Assembly: GCA_043825875.1 (NCBI GenBank)
Contig: JBDRRF010000005.1
Location: forward strand, 34,299-98,298
Direction: 5' to 3'
DNA length: 64,000 bases
Source of the DNA: Pseudomonadota bacterium
Lineage (GTDB): Bacteria > Desulfobacterota > Desulfobacteria > Desulfobacterales > RPRI01
The notes beneath the pieces are model-generated. The model had not been told where the DNA came from. It was given only the letters and a program-made list of their open reading frames with translations, and searched no databases. A program made the translations under genes and the position numbers. Shown one piece after another: positions 58,501 to 64,000 of the stretch; the stretch's first letter is position 1; each line of letters opens with the position of its first letter.

Positions 58501-58750
58501 ATGGTTTTATCAGTTTTCAAACTGGTCTTATTATGGACGGTATTTCTGGAGTTTTTATCATAAAGAGCTAAGACATGATTCGGCAAGATTTTATGCGGAT
58601 TACTTACCTGCCGGAAACTATCATGTGTCCTATACATCACAAGCAATAGCCGAAGGCAAATTTACCGTTATGCCGGTATATGTAGAAGAGATGTACGATC
58701 CTGATGTTTATGGCAAAGGTTTGCCTGCAACTTTAAATGTAGGTGAATAA
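52598..58750 (+). CDS. Bacterial alpha-2-macroglobulin with N-terminal LprI (DUF1311)-like domain
   Basis: Signal peptide, PSFDCAKA...IC...EQLAWLKNRN.C...CL...Y..R; MG domains, AVVDESVL, PDNLTGWR, thioester YPYTCWEQ, EEMYDP. Confidence 0.95.
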   Translation: MKKVIYAVALLIFLCTFDYAWAADPSFDCAKASQRVEHVICQSDKLSRQDLKLSKLYEKVMEKLTDDAKKEIKTEQLAWLKNRNQVCDLSDNEAKKCLLEQYRKRNTELAAMLAFDSSDNPTDNELNILRITPKGNDVLAGQQVVFQFDRPVVPIGRMERDSKDIPVSIYPQLNCEWRWLNTSALACRLREEDKMKQATQYEVIMKPGIKTENGGELKAKVSHSFITTRPKVTYTRFINWLSPGTPLIQVTFNQPVTKTSVEKSLTMTTRRTDINDPVAIVAFPDDMPRTQPWWMIFADEDEKSDAQNMVNDQFAKLDGDEARKVWIVEPKKELPLDSTIWFDVSPGLVSSDGAELGVENRTIVSFETYPEFKLYGLRCTPKGERHGTDIFLENFIQFEEERPFYKQCAPLKPVALVFSSPVKNSMVKNHVSFLPGLDGDRKDYDPWENTHDWTHLTYPHRSGRNYQVWLPELLQANQKYSVSIDVDNFEDEFGRKLKNKADFDFFTSHREPNLKLNLNYAVLEKGVESDVPLYVTNLNRVIVSYDKLGDTSTGRGLTEEIAVKNAEDISYAIPMGVRKLIGDDTGILYGSVHPDPTPPGWYYDPIILAQVTPYQVHFKAGHFNSLAWVSTFNNGEPVKGAKVTLLKGFYKDLPGLYDMQISATTNVNGLAELPGLSEIDPELEIIYGGWRDDKPSFFAKVEHKGDIAVLPLRNEFSVSGSGAYPRLQKKGGHTHSWGTTAQGIYKLGDTIQFKIYVREQSNKKWISPVKEGYLLQVFDPQSKIVYEQKDVTLNEFGSFDGAFKVPEQGAVGWYQFKLIPLNSWDGNRYRFIWYPMSVLVSDFTPAPFKVKTELNGELFKANDRVEITSLATLHSGGPFTEAEVRLTARLNQKLFTTDNPKATGFTFGGSSGKYLNAEQSNLLDIRAKLDDFGQYENAVILPETDIYFGSIVVESAVKDERGKFVASSSKADYAGRNRFVGLRNTSWLYKKDKPAKIEALVVNQSGDLVPGVDISITINHREYKAARVKGPGNAYLTQNIMEWVEESNFNLKSEKGAIVCEFVPKQPGYYQFIATIKDEKDREHKTIIYGWVTGTGRVIWDQTNDATLQIIPEQTKYKIGDTARYLIKNPFPGAKALVTIERYGILDSWIETLETSTPVIKVPIKPDYLPGFYLSVVAISPRIDKPLGPDKVDLGKPSYRMGYVSAKVTDPYKEIDINITTDKKVYKPREKVKAKIQINKKNFDSNKHYEIAVAVVDESVLALNRSGDNYYDPYAGFNRLDALDVNNYSLISRLVGRQKFEKKGANQGGGGGGSAYTELRNMFKFVSYWNPSIQPDSNGIVTIEFEVPDNLTGWRIFALAVTKEDRMGLGDANFKVNRPTEIRPVMPNQVIEGDEFKAGFNIMNRTDKLRSLKVNVSVDGPLAKGSDKSFAYDIKVAPYKRKNIWLQLLTKGSGSLNFIAKAGDQIDADAVEHKLPVNKRRSLETASTYGTIISDGVSESVKVPEGIHTDVGYIGAVLSPSVIGNVDGAFRYMKEYPYTCWEQRLTKAVVANSYIELKEYLDEKTKWPEPKADIEKALNSAANYQAPNGGMVYWIASNAYVSPYLSAYTAIAFNWLRRSGYEIPENVEESLHDYLLNLLRRDEFPTFYTKGMSSSVRAVALAALSESGKISADDVKRYEAHVPEMDLFGKSHFLQAAIKTKGVSAEAIRATINSILGHASQTGGKFQFNEPWDDSYKYVLATPLRSNCSILSSLLSAQAESDQGAAIGDIPFKLVRSITQSRGNRDHWENTQENVFCLNALIDYSTMYEKGDPAMKVSVSFDGKKIGDTSFSSKSDPMVTISRPIREDDPGRLAKIDIKKEGEGRLYYSARISYDLKEDNAARINSGIEVRREYSVERDGKFILLNSPMDIKRGELVKVDLFVSVPTARHFVVINDPIPGGLEPLNTDLATASSVDADKGSFKAAEGSWFYQFSNWSYYGRYFWSFYHKELRHDSARFYADYLPAGNYHVSYTSQAIAEGKFTVMPVYVEEMYDPDVYGKGLPATLNVGE

Positions 58751-60933
58751 TGCTTTTAGTAAACATTTCCGGTTTGTTTAATAGGAAAACAGTACTTGTG
58801 GTTTGTGCCTTGACTGTGGCGGCACTTGTTGTTGCCACAATCTTTTCTATTAAACCAATGCCTGATGATTTGTTAGCACATATTTCAGTTACCAATAAAA
58901 ATACCTATCTTGATCGTTTTGGCAAGCGTCTGAATGTAACGTATGACAATAAATGGAATAACTATGATTTTGTAAAAATTTACGAGATACCCGAATTTTT
59001 ACAAACAGCCTTTATCTTATCGGAAGATAAAAGGTTTTATACTCATGGCGGACTTGACTGGTTGGCCCGATTGAGTGCGGTTAAGCAGAATATTATAGCG
59101 GGTAAAATAGTCAGGGGGGCTAGTACAATCTCCGAACAGGTTGTCAGGATGCTTCACCCAAGGTCCAGAACATTTTGGTCAAGATGGGTTGAAGGCTTTG
59201 AAGCTTTGATTCTTGAAAAAAAATATTCAAAAATTGAGATACTTGAGTTTTATCTAAACCAGGTTCCATATAAAGCAAGACGTAGGGGAATTGTTCAGGC
59301 TGCAAGTTATTATTTTGATCGTGATATTTCAACATTAAACAAAAAAGAAATGCTTGCCTTAGCGGTTTTGGTGCGATCTCCTAAATGGCTTGATCCCAAG
59401 AGACAGGTTTTTCACCTTGATAGTGCTATAAACAATTTAATGAGTCGTTTAAATATAGATGATAGCGAATTATCAGAAATATCAAAACAAGAGTTGGCAT
59501 TGTGTCAGGCAGACATTGACTACGATTTATCGCACTTTATTAATTATGCTGATTCCCGCTTAAGCCCCCATATTCCTGACACTGGTCTTATTCACACAAC
59601 CATAGATCTGGAATTACAAATCAAAGCACAAAAGATTCTAGATAATAGACTTGATAGATTAAAAAAACATCAGGTAGCAAACGGTGCATTGCTGATTGTG
59701 GATCATGAAACGAATGAAATTATTTCATGGGTTGTAGGCTATGCGGGAAAACAAAATAAGCAGTTTAATAAAATCGATGCTGTTACAGCTAAGCGGCAGC
59801 CAGGCTCAGCCTTAAAACCATTGCTATATGCCAATGCGATACGTAAAGGATGGACAGCAGCAACGATGCTTGATGACTCTCCTTTAGAAGAAAGTGTTGG
59901 TTTGGGTATGCATACTTATCACAATTACAGCCGCGACCACTATGGTTTGATTTCGCTTCGCGAAGCTTTGGGCAATTCTCTTAATATTCCGGCAGTAAAA
60001 GCCATTCAATACATTGGCCCGAATGAATTTTTAAGTTTTTTGTATGATCTGGGGATTCATAGTTTGTCAGGCCACCCGAATGTTTATGGGGACGGTTTGG
60101 CTTTAGGAAATGGCGAGCTGACACTGTTTGAACTGGTTCAGGCATATACAGTGTTGGCCAGGATGGGAGATTTTAAGCCATTATCATTTATTGAGGGTGA
60201 ACATTTAAGAAGCGGAAGCTATAGAGTATTATCAGAAGATATCGCAAGTTTAATCGCAGATATCATGTCTGACCCAGGTGCCAGAGAAAAAGAATTCGGA
60301 TGGGATTCAATTTTGAATCTTCCATACCAAACAGCCGTAAAAACAGGCACATCAAGTGATTACAGAGATGCCTGGGCGCTTGGGTTTAATGACAGGTACA
60401 CAGTAGGAATATGGATCGGTAATCTGGATTACTCTGAGATGAATGAAGTAACCGGTTCCTCAGGCCCTGCCATTGCCCTTCGCTCAATATTTAATGAATT
60501 AAACAGAAACAGAGAAGTTAAGCCAATTTACTTTAGCAAAAACCTTATTAAGCAAAGAGTATGCATTGAAACAGGGTTGACTGCAAATGATGATTGTGAG
60601 CCAAGAGATGAATGGTTTGCCCCGGGAACCAGAGCTGATGGTACGGCAGCAAAGGCTAAAGAAGTGCGTATACGTAAACCAAGCAAAGGCTTGATGCTGG
60701 CAATGGACCCCAGAATTCCTGATGAATATGAATATTTTGAATTTGCTCTTACAGATGCAGATGACATAAAAAATGTTAAATGGTTTATCAACAAGCAATT
60801 GGTAGCAACAACTGATAGTATTAAATATAACTGGAAAGTTATGAAAGGTGAATTTACAACAAGAGCTGAGGTTTCTTTCAATGGTAGTATTCGACCGATT
60901 GTTACCGAGGAAATTGAGTACAAGGTCTATTAA
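58750..60933 (+). CDS. pbpC: Penicillin-binding protein 1C
   Basis: EDKRFYTHGG, GASTISEQ, RQPGSALKP (SxxK), SLNIP, KTGTS; coupled to the macroglobulin gene. Confidence 0.93.
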   Translation: MLLVNISGLFNRKTVLVVCALTVAALVVATIFSIKPMPDDLLAHISVTNKNTYLDRFGKRLNVTYDNKWNNYDFVKIYEIPEFLQTAFILSEDKRFYTHGGLDWLARLSAVKQNIIAGKIVRGASTISEQVVRMLHPRSRTFWSRWVEGFEALILEKKYSKIEILEFYLNQVPYKARRRGIVQAASYYFDRDISTLNKKEMLALAVLVRSPKWLDPKRQVFHLDSAINNLMSRLNIDDSELSEISKQELALCQADIDYDLSHFINYADSRLSPHIPDTGLIHTTIDLELQIKAQKILDNRLDRLKKHQVANGALLIVDHETNEIISWVVGYAGKQNKQFNKIDAVTAKRQPGSALKPLLYANAIRKGWTAATMLDDSPLEESVGLGMHTYHNYSRDHYGLISLREALGNSLNIPAVKAIQYIGPNEFLSFLYDLGIHSLSGHPNVYGDGLALGNGELTLFELVQAYTVLARMGDFKPLSFIEGEHLRSGSYRVLSEDIASLIADIMSDPGAREKEFGWDSILNLPYQTAVKTGTSSDYRDAWALGFNDRYTVGIWIGNLDYSEMNEVTGSSGPAIALRSIFNELNRNREVKPIYFSKNLIKQRVCIETGLTANDDCEPRDEWFAPGTRADGTAAKAKEVRIRKPSKGLMLAMDPRIPDEYEYFEFALTDADDIKNVKWFINKQLVATTDSIKYNWKVMKGEFTTRAEVSFNGSIRPIVTEEIEYKVY

Positions 60934-61003
60934 GCCTGAAACCGGGTATGTAAATAATTCCGGCCAAGGAAGTAAGTGAAAAAAGCGCTTTAACTCCCCT
61001 GAC

Positions 61004-61081
61004 ATCAAAGTGAACAGGAAAGGAATTATAGAATATGAAAAGTATATTTCAAAGTTCAAAATATGACTCCAATTTCACCCA
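61004..61081 (+). repeat. Direct repeat (RBS plus 5' end of NHL gene), second copy at 63135-63212
   Basis: ATCAAAGTGAACAGGAAAGGAATTATAGAATATGAAAAG vs ATCAAATTGAACAGGAAAGGAACAATAGAATTTGAAAAG. Confidence 0.8.
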
Positions 61082-63068
61082 GCTAACCTTTAAATCGAAT
61101 CTTATATTATTATGGCTATCACTGATCATATTCTTCCTTAGTTTCTTTGCTTGTACAAGTGGTCACACGGATGCAACCACCCCGACGGTCTCCGGATCGC
61201 TGAGTTTGATTGCCGGTAGTACCGGAGGCCCTGGGGAAGGTGACGGCGTTGGAAGCGAAGCGCGATTCAGGCTCAGCATGCCTAACGAGCCGAGAAGTTC
61301 AATGCTTATTGGCATAGCAACTGATGCAGCAGGCAATGTGTATTTAGCCGATAGTGGCAACCATACCATCCGTAAAATTACACCAGCAGGTGTTGTTACA
61401 ACCTTAGCCGGCGTTGTCGGTAAACCGGGCAGCGCTGATGGCGTTGGAACAACAGCGCAATTCAACTATCCATCCGGCATTACGATTGACAAGTCCGGGA
61501 ACCTGTTTGTTGCGGACAAGTTAAATTTCACCATTCGGAAGATCACTCCATCAGGGTTCGTAACTACTATAGCCGGAACCGCAGGGAAAACAGATCGTAT
61601 CAATGGCATCGGGTCTGCTGCACGATTTAGAGGGCCGCAAGGAATTGTCGCTGACAAAGATGATAACCTGTATGTTATTGATAACAGTCAGACAATACGA
61701 AAAATCACAACGGACGGAGTTGTCTCTACCGTAATTTATGATAAGAAACCCCATTTTTCCGGCATAGCGGTTGATGCTGCCGGTAATATTTATGCATCGT
61801 GGAAAAACGCTGTGAGAAAGATCAACCCGGCAGGTGTTGTCAGCATACTGGCCGGCAAAGTTGGTATAGTGGGCAGCAATGATGGCATTGGCAATGCGGC
61901 CCGGTTTGGAGTGCTCGAAGATTTAACTATTGATGCTGCCGGTAATTTGTATGTTTGTGATTGCTATAACTCAACTATTCGTAAAATCAGCCCGGCAGGT
62001 GCTGTTACCACCATAGCCGGTACAACAAGAAAACATGGAAGCAGTGACGGCATTGGCCCGTCCGCACAATTCAGGAGACCATGCGGAATAGCATTGGATA
62101 AGGAAGGAAATTTGTATATAGCTGATCAAGGCAACACCGCGATACGTAAAATAACACCGGAAGGTGTTGTCAGCACTCTGGCTGGGAGTAAGCCGGGGGA
62201 CGGACATTCGGATGGCGCAGGCGCTGCTGCGCAATTCAACAACCCAGGCGGTATTACATCCGATTCAGCGGGCAATATGTATGTTGCTGACTATGGTAAC
62301 AATGTTATCCGCAAAATCACACCGGACGGTTTGGTAAGCACTCTGGCCGGCAAGCCTGGCATTGAAGGAAGCGCCGATGGAAGGGGTGCTGATGCGTTGT
62401 TCTATGGGCCTGCCGATATTGCAGTTGATACGACCGGCAATCTCTATGTTGCTGACAAAAGAAACGCGACCATCCGCAAAATTACACCGGACGGTATGGT
62501 AAGCACTCTTGCCGGAAAAGCCGGCAAGAAAGACAGAGACGACGGTTTAGGAGAGCTTGCCCGATTCTATTCACCATCAGGAATCACAGTTGGTGGCGGA
62601 GGGAATATTTATGTTGCTGATGGTTCAAATGATGCCATCCGCAGGATAACCCATGATGGTATGGTTACCACTTTTGCAAAACTTAGCTACCCATCGAAGA
62701 TTACGTCCGATACAGCCGGAAACCTCTATGTTAGCAGAAGTAAATATATTGTTAAGATCACACCGGAAGGCAAGGTTAAAATGTTTGCTGGAGGCAATCC
62801 CTTCTCTGACGCTGATTTTAGCACCCTATATGGTCTTGTTACTGACGAAGCCGGATACGTTTATGTTGCAGATGGTAACAACCAAACCATTCACAGGATC
62901 ACACCGAGAGGTAATATAACTACAGTAGCCGGAATACCACGCAAACAAGGGATAGTAACAGGTGTTTTGCCGGGGGGGCTGGATTGTCCGGTTGACTTGG
63001 CTCGTATTGGCCCGAATACGTTTGCCATCACTACAGGAAATGCTGTTTTGAAGCTGGTTATCCGGTGA
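61035..63068 (+). CDS. NHL-repeat beta-propeller protein, probably exported/lipoprotein
   Basis: Many AxFxxPxGIAxDxxGNLYVADxxNxxIRKITPxGxVxTLAG units; hydrophobic segment ending FFAC. Confidence 0.92.
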   Translation: MKSIFQSSKYDSNFTQLTFKSNLILLWLSLIIFFLSFFACTSGHTDATTPTVSGSLSLIAGSTGGPGEGDGVGSEARFRLSMPNEPRSSMLIGIATDAAGNVYLADSGNHTIRKITPAGVVTTLAGVVGKPGSADGVGTTAQFNYPSGITIDKSGNLFVADKLNFTIRKITPSGFVTTIAGTAGKTDRINGIGSAARFRGPQGIVADKDDNLYVIDNSQTIRKITTDGVVSTVIYDKKPHFSGIAVDAAGNIYASWKNAVRKINPAGVVSILAGKVGIVGSNDGIGNAARFGVLEDLTIDAAGNLYVCDCYNSTIRKISPAGAVTTIAGTTRKHGSSDGIGPSAQFRRPCGIALDKEGNLYIADQGNTAIRKITPEGVVSTLAGSKPGDGHSDGAGAAAQFNNPGGITSDSAGNMYVADYGNNVIRKITPDGLVSTLAGKPGIEGSADGRGADALFYGPADIAVDTTGNLYVADKRNATIRKITPDGMVSTLAGKAGKKDRDDGLGELARFYSPSGITVGGGGNIYVADGSNDAIRRITHDGMVTTFAKLSYPSKITSDTAGNLYVSRSKYIVKITPEGKVKMFAGGNPFSDADFSTLYGLVTDEAGYVYVADGNNQTIHRITPRGNITTVAGIPRKQGIVTGVLPGGLDCPVDLARIGPNTFAITTGNAVLKLVIR

Positions 63069-63233
63069 ATAGTAATTTGACTGACTGATGGTAAAACAAC
63101 CATTGATTTAATATATTTCCAATATACCTCACAAATCAAATTGAACAGGAAAGGAACAATAGAATTTGAAAAGCATAATTCATAGTTTTACATGTAACCC
63201 AATTTCTACCCAAGAAAATATACGGAGGGCAGC

Positions 63234-64000
63234 ATGAAGAAAATAATATTTCTTATGATTTTATTTTTACTTTCTTTAGCAACATTGAGTTGGGCTTATG
63301 AGTATGTGCTGGAAAAAGGTAAAGGATGTGAAGTGTGCGAGGCGTATGAGAAGAATTTGAATTCACTTATACCTAATAATCCTATTTATCGCAGGATTAA
63401 TCCTGAGCTTAAAGACTTCAGCACGCCCAAATGGGAGTCTAAATGGACGGATAATTTGATTGCAACCCCAAATGGTATTGACATTCGTGAGAAGATAAGT
63501 GATTTCCTCTGGAAGCGCGATGCCAATCCAGCTACATATTTTTATGGCGATTTATCTAAATGGCAAGGCACTAAAAAACAACTTGCCGATGCCTACAAAC
63601 GATACATTTACTTTCGCCACGAGATAAGCCGAAACACAATCCCCAACGAGCACCTCGTAGCCGAAGTCGATATTGACAATGACGGTGTTGTTGAACCGGT
63701 TTATTTAGATCAGATGTACTCAACTCCCACATTACTGCTTGTTCTTAAACCCGACTACAGTAACATTGACTTTGAAAAAACAAAGCTTATTACGATGCAC
63801 CCAAGCCGTAAAAAGGCTGGTTGGAAGGACGTCAGGGTACTATCTTCGGAAGAAAAGAAATATTTAAAGTTTATGACAAAAACACACACAAGCGATGCGA
63901 TCCAAGCGCTTTATTATGGTGTATTTATTTACAAAAATAATACTTATTTTGACTTTTGGGGTCTTGGTAGTGCAGATAATTATGGAACTATCTATCTGGA
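63234..64000 (+). CDS. Exported hypothetical protein (3' truncated by window edge; absent from ORF track)
   Basis: GGAGG RBS, MKKIIFLMILFLLSLATLSWA signal peptide, KGKGCEVCEAYEKNLNS, VDIDNDG; frame open to end of window. Confidence 0.8.
   Translation, partial: MKKIIFLMILFLLSLATLSWAYEYVLEKGKGCEVCEAYEKNLNSLIPNNPIYRRINPELKDFSTPKWESKWTDNLIATPNGIDIREKISDFLWKRDANPATYFYGDLSKWQGTKKQLADAYKRYIYFRHEISRNTIPNEHLVAEVDIDNDGVVEPVYLDQMYSTPTLLLVLKPDYSNIDFEKTKLITMHPSRKKAGWKDVRVLSSEEKKYLKFMTKTHTSDAIQALYYGVFIYKNNTYFDFWGLGSADNYGTIYL

Overview
AT-rich chromosomal window from an anaerobic bacterium; gene content and dispersed repeats suggest a sulfate-reducing Desulfobacterales-type deltaproteobacterium (inference). 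It holds the end of an anaerobic cobalamin operon (cbiO'-C-X-D-ET-L-F-GH-A) and an accessory stretch with toxin-antitoxin-like pairs, a heme-c/PAS sensor lacking a kinase, a two-subunit CoA-transferase, a B12 radical SAM enzyme, an osmoprotectant ABC transporter and a CHAT(caspase)-STAND-TPR protein. Next come a group II Mo-nitrogenase cluster (nifH-I1-I2-D-K-fdx-E-N-B), a diguanylate cyclase, two large membrane proteins with C39-like peptidase domains, a diheme peroxidase, a selenocysteine-containing CoA-disulfide reductase/NADH oxidase missed by the ORF track, and an LprI-fused alpha-2-macroglobulin/pbpC locus. The most striking unannotated signal is a pair of homologous ~70-nt candidate sRNA genes (26697-26765 and 45892-45965, both minus strand). 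Each has a perfect sigma54 -24/-12 promoter, an anti-Shine-Dalgarno-like CU-rich segment and an identical terminator hairpin; one is divergent from nifH. Degenerate attC sites (one with a group IIC intron 5' end), MITE/REP-like repeats and several gene remnants show past mobility. No tRNA, rRNA or CRISPR array was seen. All family calls are from motif recognition, not database searches.
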